A DNA stretch of 64,000 nt from an uncultured Verrucomicrobiae bacterium (GTDB taxonomy: Bacteria; Verrucomicrobiota; Verrucomicrobiia; Limisphaerales; Palsa-1400): NCBI GenBank assembly GCA_963825315.1, contig CAWGST010000001.1, positions 24,778-88,777 on the forward strand. Reading direction: 5' to 3'. Positions within the stretch are counted from its first letter, which is position 1; each line of letters begins with the position of its first letter. The notes beneath the pieces are model-generated. The model was not told the origin of the DNA. It made no database searches and was given only the letters and a program-made list of their open reading frames with translations. Of this stretch, positions 1 to 11,668 are shown piece after piece. A program made the position numbers and the translations under genes.

Positions 1-3000
1 GGAACATTCTTCGAAATGGTGGTTGAATAAAATCCAGTGGTGAAACCCACATTCCCGAAGAATTGAGTGTATATGGGAATCGGCATGTAAGCGGGGAAGA
101 CCAACCTGCCGGTAAAAATGCCGGATGGCCCCACCGTAAATGTCAAGAAGCCGGAATTGGTCGGAGCCACCGGGCTGTTGGTGCTGATGAACAGGCCATT
201 GTAAGTCCCCGCCACCGCTGCAAAAGCCAGCACAGAGAAGTTTTCGGAAATAATTGTGCTCATACCCGCCGCATTGGTGGCCACAGCTTCCACGGTATAA
301 TAGCCGCCGGGGAGGTTGGTCACGATTACCGCCCAAGTTGCCGTGCCACTCGCCGCCAGCGGCGGACCAATCGCCAGGCCGTTTGTCTGAAAAACCTGGC
401 AGGTTATTTCGGCGGGCTTGAAGCTGGACGCAATCCTTCCTTTCAACCGAAAAGTGTTGGTGCTTAATCTGGCATTGGCTGCCGGATACGTGAAAGAGAT
501 GCCTTTTGCCGTATTGCTCGGGATAAACGTCGCGGTCAGCGTCAAACCGCTGGCCATTGTGTAGGTTTGCGTCGCGTTGGTGGAACTCTGTGTCCCATTG
601 TTCCATGTGTAGAACACCTGTCCCGAAAGAGGGGTCGCCGTCACCTGGAAATTTGTTCCAAGGGGCAACATCTCACCGTTTGTAACGGGAGCGACGATCC
701 CTTTGCCGACTATAATCAATTGCAAAGCACCGGAATACTGGACCGTGAAATTTTCACTGATCAGCGTGCTGTCCCCTGCCGAATCCACCGCTGTTGCCAC
801 GATTGTATAGGAGCCAGCGCCAAGACCGGACATCCCTATTGACCAATTTGCCGTGCCGATTGCCGTCAGCGGCTGACTGAACAACACCGCAGTTGCATTG
901 GAGAAGATTTGACAGGTTACTTGAGCCGATGGAACGTTGGAAATGGTGCCGGTGATATTGAAGCTGCCAGAGCCTATTATGCTATTCGCCGCCGGATAAG
1001 TAAACGCAATCATGTTGGAAATGTTATTCGTGACAAACGTCGCCGTCAGGGTCAAACCGCTGGCCATTGTGTAGGTTTGCGTCGCGTTGGTGGAAATCTG
1101 TGTCCCATTGTTCCATGTGTAGAATAACTGCCCCGGCTTGGGAATTGCCGTAACTTGAAAAGTTACTCCAACAGGGATAAACTCACCGTTGGCAGCGCCC
1201 GAAACGGCTCCAGGCCCCACTATATTCAACCGCAAGGAGGCCTTCGCCGCAACCGTGAAGTTCTCCGTGATCAGCGTGCTTTCACCCGCGTTATCCACCG
1301 CAATGGCCTGGATCGTATAGGAGCCTGTCGAAAGGCCATTCGTCACGGCCACTGACCAAGTGTTCGCGCCACTGTTCGTTAGCGGTGGGCCGACCGCCAT
1401 GTAGCTCGTCGCGGAGTAGATTTGGCAGGTTACGGTCGCTGTATTCGACGGGAAGTTGGAAATGGTGCCAGTGATGTTAAACGCGTTAGTGCTTATTATG
1501 GCGCTCGCCGTTGGATAGGTAAAGGCGATGCTGTTCGGAATGCCATTCGAGATGAACGTCGCGGTCAACAAACGACCCGCTTGCATGGCAAATTGCACAC
1601 CCGGGTTGATCGTGTTGACCCCTGGGGCAGTCCAATTGACAAATAACTGATTAGTGCCAGCCATTGCTTCGACGGTATATTGAGTGCCAACTTGCAGAGG
1701 ATAACCCACAGGATTGGCGTTGGACGACGCACCCTGCGTAAAGCTGATGGTTCCGTTGCCATTAGTAATAATAGCCGTAATAGTCAGGGGTTGGACGAAT
1801 ACTTCCGTGCTCAGGTTTGTAGCCTCGTCCTGGGCCTGAGCGCCCAACTTATACGTGCCTGGGGCAACGATTCCAAAGCCCAGCCTCCAATTGCTAGATC
1901 CGAGAACATAATTCGTCAAGGAAACACCCCCATTCGGAAGCGTCCCGTCTGCATTGCTCAGCGGAATCAGATCACAGCGCACCCATGCCAGTCCAATGTC
2001 GTTGTTGTCAATTGCTGTTCCCTGGACCGTTAACGGAAGGCTGTTGCTCAGCAGGGCGCCGACTGTGGGAGAGATTATCGAAACCGCGGGCAGGTTGGTA
2101 GCAACCGGCGGATTCGTCAACTGAAATCTACAATATACCAGATTTGAATTGGCTGAAGCGTTGGTTCCAGGGTAATTGACCGGCAGGTTTGTAAACTCGT
2201 TTGTAAACAGCGTGCCATCATCCAAAAAGTCTCCATTTGTAACTATGCCGCTTCCATTGGTCAACGTGTTAAAATATTGCAGCACATTTGTCCCGTCGAG
2301 TATTCGTCCGAAAACCGCGAATCCCCCGTTATTAGTATCAAGATAGGGCGAATTATTGGTCAAATTGAAGAAAAACGCGCTGGAAGCGGAATTTGGCTTA
2401 CCCGAAACGAGTGCCATCGCAATGGTGCCAAAACGATTGTGAATCAGCGGCCCGAACTTGAATTCATTGGTAATCCCAGATGGGAACGGCGGTTCAATGT
2501 TGGTATTCAAGGTAAACTGCTGATCAATTGACCAGCCGGTTATCGGGGGAGTGGACATGGTCTGGTTCGACGCCCCATAGTCCCCACCTTGCAACACAAA
2601 CCCCGGCAGACACCGGTCGAAAAACATGTTCGTATAAGCCCCGGCCGTGATGTAGTGGATAAAATTCTGCACCGTCACCGGCTTGTCGTGGTTGAAGAGC
2701 TGCACATCCACATTGCTGATGCCGCCATCGGGAAAGCCGGAAAAGGTGAATGTGACAATGGTGCCGGGCACAATGGTCAATACCGCGTTCGAGCTTGTCA
2801 CCGAACCATTGACAACTACCGTGTAATCCCCCATTTGATTGGAGTTGACGTCCTCAAGCGTCAACACCGAATTGGTCGCGCCGGTGATATTTGAGCCTTG
2901 AAATTGCCATTGATAATACACGGCGTTGCTGGCCCCGACAGTAAAGGTGGCGGTGGACGCGTTATTGACGGTGACGCTCTGTGGCTGGCTGAGGATCTGC

Positions 3001-4880
3001 GCCGGGGCGTTCGTCGAAATAGTGAAGTTTTCGGTTATCAGCGTGCTTTCCCCTGCCGGATCCACCGCTGTGACCTCGGCCGTATAGGAGCCGAGGGGAA
3101 GGTTGGTCACGGCCACTGACCAACTGTTCGTGCCATTGTTTGTTAGCGGCGAACCGACCGCCCTGGAGGTTGTCGCAGAGTAAATCTGGCAGGTCACTTG
3201 GGCTGATGGAACGTTGGAAATTGTGCCCGTGATATTGAAAGTGCTGTTGCTCAGCACGTCGTCCGCCATTGGATACGTAAACGCGATGCTGTTGGGAATA
3301 TCATTCGAGATAAACCTCGCGGTCCATTGGAAGCCACTAGCCATCGTGAAGCTCAATTCCGGGTTGACAAGATTATAGCCATTGGCAGTCCAATTAACAA
3401 AGATCTGATTAGTGCCAGCCGTTGCTTCGACGGTATATTGAATGCCGTTTTGCAAAGGATAACCCACAGGATTGGCGTTGGACGACGCACCCTGGACAAA
3501 ACTGATGGATCCATAGCCATTTGTAATAATAGCCGTAATAGTCAGGGGTTGGACGAATGCTTCCGTGCTCAGGTTTGTAGCCTCGTCCCGGGCCTGAGCG
3601 CCCAACTCATACGTGCCTGGGGCAACGATTCCAAAGCCCAGCTTCCAATTGGTAGATCCGAGAACATAATTCGTCAAAGAAACACCTCCATTCGCAAGCG
3701 TCCCGTCTGCATTGCTCAGCGGAATCAAATCACAGCGCACCCATGCCAGTCCAATGTCGTTGTTGTCAATTGCTGTTCCCTGGACCGTTAGCGGAAGGCT
3801 GTTGCTCAATAAGGCACCGGCTGTGGGAGAGATTATCGAAACCGCGGGCGGGTTGGTATCACCCGGTGGATTCGTCAACTGAAAACCACAATAGACCAGA
3901 TTTGAATTGGCTGGAGCGTTGGTTCCAGGGTAATCGACCGGCAGGTTTGTAAACTCGTTTGTAAACAGCGTGCCATCATCCAAAAAGTCTCCATTTGTAA
4001 CTATGCCGCTTCCATTGGTCAACGTGTTAAAATATTGCAGCACATTTGTCCCGTCGAGTATTCGTCCGAAAACCGCGAATCCCCCGTTATTAGTATCAAG
4101 ATAGGGCGAATTATTGGTCAAATTGAAGAAAAACGCGCTGGAAGCGGAATTTGGCTTGCCCGAAACGGGTGCCATTGCAATCGTGCCGAAGCGATTGTGA
4201 ATCAGCGGCCCGAACTTGAATTCATTTGTAATTCCAGATGGGAACGGCGGTTCAATGTTAGTATTCATGGTAAACTGCTCATCAATTGACCAGCCGGTTA
4301 TCGGGGGAGTGGACATGGTCTGGTTCGACGCCCCATAGTCTCCACCTTGCAACACAAACCCCGGCAGACACCAGTCAAAAAACATGTTCGTATAAGCCCC
4401 GGCCGTGATGTAGTGGATAAAATTCTGCACCGTCACCGGCTTGTCATGGTTGAAGAGTTGCACCTGCACGTTGCTGCCGGGCGCATTGGACGGCAAGCCG
4501 GAGAAGGTGAACGTGACAATAGTGCCAGGCACGATGGCCAATACCGCCGGGGGGGAACTCGTCACCGAAGTGGTTAAGTTGCTGACAACCACCGTGTAAC
4601 TTCCGGCCTCACTGCTGGTGACATCTTCCAGTATCAGCGCCGAAGTGGCCGAACCGCTGATAACCACGCCGTCGCCCATGGTGCCGTCGCCCAAGTTGTT
4701 GGTGCCGTTGAACCGCCATTGATAGTTTGTCGCGCCGCTGGCCCCCACCGTAAACGTCGCGGTGGAGGCGTTATTGACGGTGATGCTCTGCGGCGGGTTG
4801 GTGATGGTTTGCGCCGGAGCGGTTGCCTGGAAGACGAACGCCAGACAGAAACCGCCAAACATCGGGATAAGCTTCTTCAT
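1..4880 (-). CDS. Large secreted/surface protein (>1620 aa, 3' end beyond window) with Ig-like domains, two cyclophilin-type PPIase domains and InlB B-repeat-like/Ig repeats
   Basis: ATG at 4880 (MKKLIPMFGGFCLAFVFQATAPAQTITNPPQS, signal peptide). Frame is open at both ends and at the sampled internal positions; absent from the ORF track, consistent with no stop inside the window. Cyclophilin motifs QLFNHDKPVTVQNF, PGFVLQGG, GTIAMA, FFFNL, GGFAVFG occur twice. Paralogous to the 4903-8052 gene. Confidence 0.85.
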   Translation of the reverse strand, partial: MKKLIPMFGGFCLAFVFQATAPAQTITNPPQSITVNNASTATFTVGASGATNYQWRFNGTNNLGDGTMGDGVVISGSATSALILEDVTSSEAGSYTVVVSNLTTSVTSSPPAVLAIVPGTIVTFTFSGLPSNAPGSNVQVQLFNHDKPVTVQNFIHYITAGAYTNMFFDWCLPGFVLQGGDYGASNQTMSTPPITGWSIDEQFTMNTNIEPPFPSGITNEFKFGPLIHNRFGTIAMAPVSGKPNSASSAFFFNLTNNSPYLDTNNGGFAVFGRILDGTNVLQYFNTLTNGSGIVTNGDFLDDGTLFTNEFTNLPVDYPGTNAPANSNLVYCGFQLTNPPGDTNPPAVSIISPTAGALLSNSLPLTVQGTAIDNNDIGLAWVRCDLIPLSNADGTLANGGVSLTNYVLGSTNWKLGFGIVAPGTYELGAQARDEATNLSTEAFVQPLTITAIITNGYGSISFVQGASSNANPVGYPLQNGIQYTVEATAGTNQIFVNWTANGYNLVNPELSFTMASGFQWTARFISNDIPNSIAFTYPMADDVLSNSTFNITGTISNVPSAQVTCQIYSATTSRAVGSPLTNNGTNSWSVAVTNLPLGSYTAEVTAVDPAGESTLITENFTISTNAPAQILSQPQSVTVNNASTATFTVGASNAVYYQWQFQGSNITGATNSVLTLEDVNSNQMGDYTVVVNGSVTSSNAVLTIVPGTIVTFTFSGFPDGGISNVDVQLFNHDKPVTVQNFIHYITAGAYTNMFFDRCLPGFVLQGGDYGASNQTMSTPPITGWSIDQQFTLNTNIEPPFPSGITNEFKFGPLIHNRFGTIAMALVSGKPNSASSAFFFNLTNNSPYLDTNNGGFAVFGRILDGTNVLQYFNTLTNGSGIVTNGDFLDDGTLFTNEFTNLPVNYPGTNASANSNLVYCRFQLTNPPVATNLPAVSIISPTVGALLSNSLPLTVQGTAIDNNDIGLAWVRCDLIPLSNADGTLPNGGVSLTNYVLGSSNWRLGFGIVAPGTYKLGAQAQDEATNLSTEVFVQPLTITAIITNGNGTISFTQGASSNANPVGYPLQVGTQYTVEAMAGTNQLFVNWTAPGVNTINPGVQFAMQAGRLLTATFISNGIPNSIAFTYPTASAIISTNAFNITGTISNFPSNTATVTCQIYSATSYMAVGPPLTNSGANTWSVAVTNGLSTGSYTIQAIAVDNAGESTLITENFTVAAKASLRLNIVGPGAVSGAANGEFIPVGVTFQVTAIPKPGQLFYTWNNGTQISTNATQTYTMASGLTLTATFVTNNISNMIAFTYPAANSIIGSGSFNITGTISNVPSAQVTCQIFSNATAVLFSQPLTAIGTANWSIGMSGLGAGSYTIVATAVDSAGDSTLISENFTVQYSGALQLIIVGKGIVAPVTNGEMLPLGTNFQVTATPLSGQVFYTWNNGTQSSTNATQTYTMASGLTLTATFIPSNTAKGISFTYPAANARLSTNTFRLKGRIASSFKPAEITCQVFQTNGLAIGPPLAASGTATWAVIVTNLPGGYYTVEAVATNAAGMSTIISENFSVLAFAAVAGTYNGLFISTNSPVAPTNSGFLTFTVGPSGIFTGRLVFPAYMPIPIYTQFFGNVGFTTGFYSTTISKNV
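1620..4530. repeat. Intragenic duplication with 1758-bp (586-codon) period; high-identity parts at about 1620-2770 and 3375-4530
   Basis: Near-identical blocks offset by 1758 nt (e.g. shadow ORFs at 2277/4035 and 2589/4347). Confidence 0.9.
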
Positions 4881-4902
4881 CCAACATGAGCGCAAAACAA
4901 AA

Positions 4903-7900
4903 TCATTGCGGTTCCTGCGGTTCCAGCAAGTAATAGCCTGTCTGGCCGTCGCCATCGAGAATGAAACCGGAATTGGTTTGTGACTGACCAATGAAAACTC
5001 CCTTGAATTGGAGCGGTTTGCTGTGGTTGTTAGTAACAAAATGTCCGGTTACAACTCCGTTGGCGGAGAGGGCAATTGTTAATTTGTTAGTCGCATCCTC
5101 CGGTTTGAATTGGCCGCCAGTGCGTGTCACTTCCAGCTTGTTGGTCACCGGAACGCTCAATGTCCCTCCTTGAAACACAATGGAGTAGTTGGTCGCTGCG
5201 GGGGCTACATAGTTTGTTCCCGTCGAATTTACGTTCACATCAACCCCGCTCGTGAAATAAGTGCCAATGTGTGGACCTTTCTGCCAATACAGCAGGCCGG
5301 TGGAACCGTCCGCCTGGTTCGTTTCCCAGCCCATGAGCATTCCGTTGGTCTTGTAACCGGCCGGGATCACGTAGAGGGGCCAAACTCCGTCCTTGGAAAC
5401 CCTGGCCGACTGCGAAAACGAGGCGCCGTCCGGCAGCGCGCCGCTCAAACTCAGAACGCCGCCGCCGCCCACGGAAAGGGAGGCATAGCCATTGGTATCA
5501 GGCCAATTGGTTGGATCCAAACTGAGAACATATTTTCCCGTTGCCGCCGCGGTCTGGGCGGAAAGTTTCCTGACCGCACGGTAGCAGACGAGTTGAGAAG
5601 ACCAGCCACTTGAATCCGAATAGACGCTTCCAGTCAATGCATCGGTTCCGTTGGTCAGGTCCAAATACAAAACCACAACGGGGTTCCCCGGAATATGCGT
5701 CAAGGAGAATGCAACAGATCCATTGGCATAGAAGCCGGCGATTATGGGAACCGGCTTGTAAGCTGGAAAAAGCATCCTCCCGCTAAACGCTCCGGAAGCC
5801 CCCACCGTAAATGAAAAGAAGCCAGAGTTGCCCGAAGTGACAGCGCTGTTGGTGCAAATGAACAGGCCGCTATAGGTCCCCGTCACCCCTTTGAAATCCA
5901 AAACAGCGAATTCCTCGGAAACAGCCCAACTCTCGCCTGCCCCGTTCGTGGCCACAGCATTGACCATGTAATCATCAGGGGGAAGGTTGGTCACGGTTAC
6001 TGACCAGGTTTTTGTGCCGTTCGTCGTCAACAGCGGTCCGGCCTCCAAGCCGGTTGTCAGGGAAGAAATCTGACAGGTGATCTGGGCAGACCCGGCGCTG
6101 GCCGCAATCTTTCCCCTCAACGACAATGGAAAACTGTTCGTCGTTAATTTGGCATTGGCAGTTGGATACGTGAAAGAGAGGGCTCTTGGCACATGGCTCG
6201 AAACGAATTCCGCAATTAGCGTCATGTTGCTGGTCATCGTAAAGGTGCTCGTCGAGTTGGTAAAGATCCCGGCGCCATCGCTCCATGCATAGAATTTCTG
6301 CCCGGGGCCGGGGGATGCCGTGACCTGGAAACTTCCTCCAACTGCTGCCACATATTCCCCGTTTGTGGGAGAAACCATTCCATTGCCCAATATAATCAAA
6401 TGCAATGGAACAAGAGGCCGGAAATTCGCGGTCAACAACACACCATCGGTCATGGTGAAGCTAACTTTTTGATTGGTCACTGTCTGGCTCCCTGTCTGGC
6501 TCACGCCGATCCAGTTGACAAAACCCCAATTAGTTCCAGCCGTGGCCGTCAACCAGTAGTTGGAACCTTCCTGGAGAGGATAGCCTATGGGACTATCGTT
6601 TGCAGGCGCGCCCTGCACAAAACTGACAATTCCGTTGCCATTGGTAGTGACCGCCGTAATGGTCAGCAGATTGGTTGACGCCGCACTGAGGTTTCCGGCC
6701 CCGTCCTGGGATTGAACGATCAGGTTATAGGCGCCTGGAAGAACAAATCCATTATTATCCAGATAATTTCCAGATACAGGGTCAGAATCCAAAAAAGTTA
6801 GCGACCAATTAGTGGCGCCGACAGCATTATTGGTCACAGACAGGCCTCCGTTCGGATATATCCCGTTTGTCTCCTGCGGAATCAGCACACAGATCACGTC
6901 CGCCAACCCCACGTCGTCACTGGCTGTCCCTTGTATGACCGGGCCGTTCGTCAGCAGCGCATTGGCAGCGGGAGAGGTTATCGAAACCGTGGGCGGATTC
7001 GTATCCGCCGGCAAAGTGGCCAGGAAGGAAAAATCACAATAGACCAAATTTGCATTGGCGGCATTGCTGGATCCAATGTAATTGACCAGCAGGTTTTGAA
7101 ATGGAGAGACCCCGGGTGCCGGGTAGTACGCCCCATTATCCAAAAACTGTGAATTGGTGACTATGCCCTTGTTGGTGGTCAATGTGTTAAAATATTGCAG
7201 CACATTCGTCCCGCTGATGACGCGCCCAAAAACGGTGAATGGACCGTTATTGGTGGTGTCAAAATTGTACGGAGAACCTGAATTATCAGCCAAGTTGAAA
7301 AAAAAGCCGTTCCGGGCGGAATTCGGAAGGCCTCCACCAAGGAAGGCCGATTGCAACGCCATGGCCAGAGTGCCAAAATCATTCTTGATCTGCGGACCGT
7401 GATAAAATTCACCGGCCACTTGAAGTGGAAAAGGTGTCTGGTTGGTGAATGTGGCCACTAAAGAGGGAACATCCCAACCCGTAATAGGAAGACTTGTATC
7501 CGTGCGATTCGACGCGCCGTAGCTTCCGCCCTGCAGGATAAATCCAGGGACACACCGTTGCATGAACAAGTTCTTATAAGCCCCCGAATTTATATAGTGA
7601 AGAAAATTCTGCACCGTCGCCGGCTTGTCATGGTCGAAAAGCTGCACAGTCATGTTGGTGGTGCCGCCACCGAGGATACCGGAGAAGGTGAATGTGACAA
7701 TGGTGCCATTTGTGATGGTCAATATCGCCGGCTGAGAATTCGACACCGAGCCGTTGACAAGCACCGTGTAACTTCCCGCCTCATTGCTGGTGACGTCTTC
7801 CAGTGTCAGCGCCGACGTGGCCGAACCGGTGATAATTACGCCGTCGCTCTTGGCGCCGTCACTCAAGTTGTTCGTGCCGTTGAAGTACCATTGATAGCTC

Positions 7901-8052
7901 GTCGCGTTGCTGGCCCCGACGCTGAACATGGCAGTGGAGGCGTTGTTGATGGTGATGCTCTGTGGTGGATTGGTAATGGTCTGCGCCGGGGCGTTTGCCT
8001 GAAGCGCCAACACCAAACCAAGCCCGCACAGCATCGGGATAAGTTTCGTCAT
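4903..8052 (-). CDS. Secreted Ig-domain, cyclophilin-type peptidyl-prolyl isomerase surface protein (~1049 aa)
   Basis: Start moved to ATG 8052 (MTKLIPMLCGLGLVLALQANAPAQ signal peptide). Motifs DKPATVQNFLHY, MQRCVPGFILQGG, GTLAMA, FFFNL, FTVFGRV. Thr/Asn/Gly-rich beta-sandwich repeats. Confidence 0.85.
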   Translation of the reverse strand: MTKLIPMLCGLGLVLALQANAPAQTITNPPQSITINNASTAMFSVGASNATSYQWYFNGTNNLSDGAKSDGVIITGSATSALTLEDVTSNEAGSYTVLVNGSVSNSQPAILTITNGTIVTFTFSGILGGGTTNMTVQLFDHDKPATVQNFLHYINSGAYKNLFMQRCVPGFILQGGSYGASNRTDTSLPITGWDVPSLVATFTNQTPFPLQVAGEFYHGPQIKNDFGTLAMALQSAFLGGGLPNSARNGFFFNLADNSGSPYNFDTTNNGPFTVFGRVISGTNVLQYFNTLTTNKGIVTNSQFLDNGAYYPAPGVSPFQNLLVNYIGSSNAANANLVYCDFSFLATLPADTNPPTVSITSPAANALLTNGPVIQGTASDDVGLADVICVLIPQETNGIYPNGGLSVTNNAVGATNWSLTFLDSDPVSGNYLDNNGFVLPGAYNLIVQSQDGAGNLSAASTNLLTITAVTTNGNGIVSFVQGAPANDSPIGYPLQEGSNYWLTATAGTNWGFVNWIGVSQTGSQTVTNQKVSFTMTDGVLLTANFRPLVPLHLIILGNGMVSPTNGEYVAAVGGSFQVTASPGPGQKFYAWSDGAGIFTNSTSTFTMTSNMTLIAEFVSSHVPRALSFTYPTANAKLTTNSFPLSLRGKIAASAGSAQITCQISSLTTGLEAGPLLTTNGTKTWSVTVTNLPPDDYMVNAVATNGAGESWAVSEEFAVLDFKGVTGTYSGLFICTNSAVTSGNSGFFSFTVGASGAFSGRMLFPAYKPVPIIAGFYANGSVAFSLTHIPGNPVVVLYLDLTNGTDALTGSVYSDSSGWSSQLVCYRAVRKLSAQTAAATGKYVLSLDPTNWPDTNGYASLSVGGGGVLSLSGALPDGASFSQSARVSKDGVWPLYVIPAGYKTNGMLMGWETNQADGSTGLLYWQKGPHIGTYFTSGVDVNVNSTGTNYVAPAATNYSIVFQGGTLSVPVTNKLEVTRTGGQFKPEDATNKLTIALSANGVVTGHFVTNNHSKPLQFKGVFIGQSQTNSGFILDGDGQTGYYLLEPQEPQ

Positions 8053-8205
8053 TAGGCACAACTCTACATCAATCCGGGGATCATTTAAAGGAAATAATGG
8101 CGAACATTGGCGCTTCTCGATTGTCAAAATGCGCAGGATGGACCGCCCGCGCAAACATTTCATTGAAATTTGGCGGCAAAGCGGCAATCTTCAGGTGATT
8201 ATTGC

Positions 8206-8868
8206 ATGAATGACCACAGACATTCCAATGCGCGAAGCGGATTGGCCCGGCTCTCAGCCGCGGCCAGCCTGTTTGCCACTGCATTACAGTTTGCAACGTC
8301 TATGAATGCCGCACCTGAATCCACCAATGCGCCGCAAAAACTGGAAGTCGCCACTCTTGGCGGCGGTTGCTTTTGGTGCGCCGAAGCCGTCTTTCAACGC
8401 ATCCCCGGCGTGAAATCGGTTGTCTCCGGGTTTGCCGGGGGCGCGACGCCCAATCCCAGCTACGAAGAGGTCTGCACCGGCGCCACCGGTCATGCCGAGG
8501 TCGTGCAGATCGAATTTGATCCTTCGATCATCACGTATGACAAGCTCCTGGAAGTGTTTTGGGAGGCCCACGACCCGACCACGTTGAACCGTCAGGGCAA
8601 CGATTCCGGCACGCAATATCGCTCCATCATTCTCTACAGCAATAAAGCTCAGAAAAGCGCCGCGGAAAAGTCCAAGGCGGAAGCTGCCCGGCATTTTTCC
8701 TCACCCATCACGACCCAAATCGTTCCGCTGACAAAGTTTTATCCGGCGGAAAAATATCATCAGAACTATTACAACGAGCACCAAGGCCAGGGCTATTGCC
8801 AATTCGTCATCCGCCCGAAATTGCGCAAGCTGATTGATGCCGGGGTTGTTCCGGCGGATAAAAAATAG
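8206..8868 (+). CDS. msrA: Peptide-methionine (S)-S-oxide reductase, possibly exported
   Basis: [44 protein letters not shown]. Start uncertain (8206 or 8302). Confidence 0.95.
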   Translation: MNDHRHSNARSGLARLSAAASLFATALQFATSMNAAPESTNAPQKLEVATLGGGCFWCAEAVFQRIPGVKSVVSGFAGGATPNPSYEEVCTGATGHAEVVQIEFDPSIITYDKLLEVFWEAHDPTTLNRQGNDSGTQYRSIILYSNKAQKSAAEKSKAEAARHFSSPITTQIVPLTKFYPAEKYHQNYYNEHQGQGYCQFVIRPKLRKLIDAGVVPADKK

Positions 8869-8936
8869 CGCCCGGCCGGAGAGCTTCAATCTCCTTGCCC
8901 GGCGCCGGTTCTTTCCGCAATATCCACGCGTCTTCT

Positions 8937-11633
8937 ATGCGGCGACAATATCCGTTTCATTTGATCGAGCCAAAATGGCAGCGTTTTTGGGAGGCGCGGC
9001 AAACTTTTCGCGCCTGGAACCCCGGCGATTCCATTCCGCGGGAACATCCGTTCGCCAGGCGGCACGGCCTGCGGGGGAAGGTCCCGGCGGGACAGCTTCC
9101 GCGCAAGTTTTATATTCTCGACATGTTCCCCTATCCCTCCGGGGCGGGCCTGCATGTGGGCCATCCGGAAGGATACACCGCCACCGATATTTTGGCGCGC
9201 TATCGCCGCGCCCTGGGTTTCAATGTGCTGCATCCGATGGGTTGGGACGCCTTTGGACTGCCGGCCGAGCAATACGCCATCCGCACGGGACAGCATCCGC
9301 GGAAAACGACTGAAGAGAACATCGGCGTCTTCAAGCGCCAGATAAAATCGCTCGGCTTCAGTTATGATTGGAGCCGGGAAATCGATACGACAGACCCGAA
9401 ATATTGCAAATGGACGCAGTGGATTTTTCTTAAACTTTACCATTCGTGGTTCAATCCCGCCACGGCCAAAGCCGAGCCGATCCACACGCTGCCTTTGCCC
9501 GAGGGGTGTGATTCCGAGGAAGCGCAGCGGTCCTGGCGCGACGGCAAACGCCTGGCTTACGTGGCCGAGGCGCCGGTCTGGTGGTGCGAAGAACTCGGCA
9601 CCGTGCTCGCCAATGAAGAAGTGATCGATGGCAAAAGCGAGGTCGGCGGATTCCCCGTCGCGCGCAAACCCATGCGGCAATGGATGCTCCGCATCACAGC
9701 TTATGCGGAACGATTGCTGGCGGGGTTGGCAAAAATCGACTGGAGCGATTCGCTCAAGGAAATGCAGCGCAATTGGATTGGCCGCAGCGAAGGCGCGGAG
9801 GTTCAGTTTCACTTGGAGGATGATTCGGCGGCAATCCCGGTCTTTACGACCCGGCCCGACACTTTGTTCGGGGCCACTTACATGGTGCTTTCGCCCGACC
9901 ACAAACTGGTTGATGCCATCACCGCCCCGGCACAAAGAGCCGCCGTGGCTTCCTACCAGGCTGAAGTCGCCACCAAAAGCGACTTGGAGCGCACGGAAAC
10001 GGCCAGGGAAAAAACCGGTGTTTTCACCGGCGCTTTCGCGATTAATCCGGCCAACCGGGAAAGAATTCCGATCTGGATCGCGGATTACGTCCTCGCCACC
10101 TACGGCACCGGAGCCATCATGGCGGTGCCGGGCCACGATGAGCGCGACCTGGAATTTGCCCGGCAGTTCAAGCTGCCCATTCGCGTCGTGGTGCAAGCCC
10201 CTGAAGAACGGGACTCAATTGGTTTCACCGGCGATGGCACGAGCGTAAATTCGGATTTTATCACGGGCCTGCCCACGCCCGAGGCCAAAGAAAAAATCAC
10301 ACGCTGGCTGGAAGAACGAAAGTTGGGCCGCAAGACTGTCAATTACAAGCTGCGCGACTGGCTCTTCAGCCGGCAGCGCTATTGGGGCGAGCCGTTTCCG
10401 ATTATCTGGAAAGTGGACGCCGCCGGACACCTCCACCATGAGGCGCTGCCCGAATCTGCTCTTCCGGTGCAACCGCCGGACCTGACCGATTTCAAGCCCA
10501 CAGCCTCGGGAGAACCTCCTTTGGCGCGGGCCACGCAATGGGTCAATCTGCCTGACGGTTCCCGGCGCGAAACCAACACCATGCCGCAATGGGCCGGCAG
10601 TTGCTGGTATTACCTCCGCTTCATTGACGCCCGGAATGATAGCGCCCTTTGCGGGCCGGAACCGGAACATTATTGGATGGGGACAGGCAGCCCCGACGCC
10701 ACGCCGGGGGTTGATTTATACGTCGGCGGAATCGAACATGCCGTGCTGCATCTTCTCTATGCCCGATTCTGGCACAATGTCCTTTTCGATTTGGGCTGCG
10801 TCAGCACGCCCGAACCGTTTGCCAAACTGGTCAACCAGGGGCTGATCCTCGGCCAGGACGGGCAAAAAATGTCAAAGTCCCGCGGCAACGTCGTCAATCC
10901 GGACGATATTTTGGGCGAATACGGCGCGGACGCGTTTCGGCTCTACGAGATGTTCATGGGGCCGTTGGAAATGGTCAAGCCGTGGAACACCAAGGGCGTG
11001 GAAGGGGTGTATCGTTTTCTGGGGCGGGTCTGGCGATTGTTCGTGGACGAAAAGAGTGAAACAGAATTCGAGCAAAACCAGGCGGCAAGGGGAACGGAGG
11101 AGACCGGGGCGCTGGACCACATTCGACTGAGCGCGGCGATTCAGGACTGCGCCGCCACGCCCGCCCAGCTCAAAACGCTCCACGCCTGCATCAAGAAAGT
11201 CACCGAAGACCTCGACCACTTTGGCTTCAACACCGCCATTTCGGCCTTGATGATTTTTGTCAATGAAGCGATTGCCTGGGAAACCAAACCAAAGGGGATT
11301 TTGCGCGACTTCCTGATTCTGCTGCACCCGTTCGCTCCGCATCTGGCCGAGGAATTGCACGCCAAACTTTGCGCGCCAGGGGACGCCGCCGCGACGCTGG
11401 CCTATGAACCGTGGCCGAAATTCGACGCGCAACTCCTGGTGGAAGCGACCGTGGAAATACCGGTGCAGGTCAACGGCAAATTGCGGGACCGGATTGTCGT
11501 TCCGGCGGAAGCTTCCCCGGCCCAGATCGAAGCGGCGGCCCTGGCCAGCGACAAGGTCAAGGCGTTCATTGACGGGAAGGCGGTCAAAAAGGTCATTGTC
11601 ATTCCGAAAAGGCTGGTCAACATCGTGGTTTGA
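8937..11633 (+). CDS. leuS: Leucine--tRNA ligase
   Basis: [14 protein letters not shown] (HIGH motif), KMSKS, editing domain TTRPDT, C-terminal VQVNGKLR. Confidence 0.98.
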   Translation: MRRQYPFHLIEPKWQRFWEARQTFRAWNPGDSIPREHPFARRHGLRGKVPAGQLPRKFYILDMFPYPSGAGLHVGHPEGYTATDILARYRRALGFNVLHPMGWDAFGLPAEQYAIRTGQHPRKTTEENIGVFKRQIKSLGFSYDWSREIDTTDPKYCKWTQWIFLKLYHSWFNPATAKAEPIHTLPLPEGCDSEEAQRSWRDGKRLAYVAEAPVWWCEELGTVLANEEVIDGKSEVGGFPVARKPMRQWMLRITAYAERLLAGLAKIDWSDSLKEMQRNWIGRSEGAEVQFHLEDDSAAIPVFTTRPDTLFGATYMVLSPDHKLVDAITAPAQRAAVASYQAEVATKSDLERTETAREKTGVFTGAFAINPANRERIPIWIADYVLATYGTGAIMAVPGHDERDLEFARQFKLPIRVVVQAPEERDSIGFTGDGTSVNSDFITGLPTPEAKEKITRWLEERKLGRKTVNYKLRDWLFSRQRYWGEPFPIIWKVDAAGHLHHEALPESALPVQPPDLTDFKPTASGEPPLARATQWVNLPDGSRRETNTMPQWAGSCWYYLRFIDARNDSALCGPEPEHYWMGTGSPDATPGVDLYVGGIEHAVLHLLYARFWHNVLFDLGCVSTPEPFAKLVNQGLILGQDGQKMSKSRGNVVNPDDILGEYGADAFRLYEMFMGPLEMVKPWNTKGVEGVYRFLGRVWRLFVDEKSETEFEQNQAARGTEETGALDHIRLSAAIQDCAATPAQLKTLHACIKKVTEDLDHFGFNTAISALMIFVNEAIAWETKPKGILRDFLILLHPFAPHLAEELHAKLCAPGDAAATLAYEPWPKFDAQLLVEATVEIPVQVNGKLRDRIVVPAEASPAQIEAAALASDKVKAFIDGKAVKKVIVIPKRLVNIVV

Positions 11634-11668
11634 TCTTCCCGGTTTGGCAATTTTAGCCAGGATCACAA

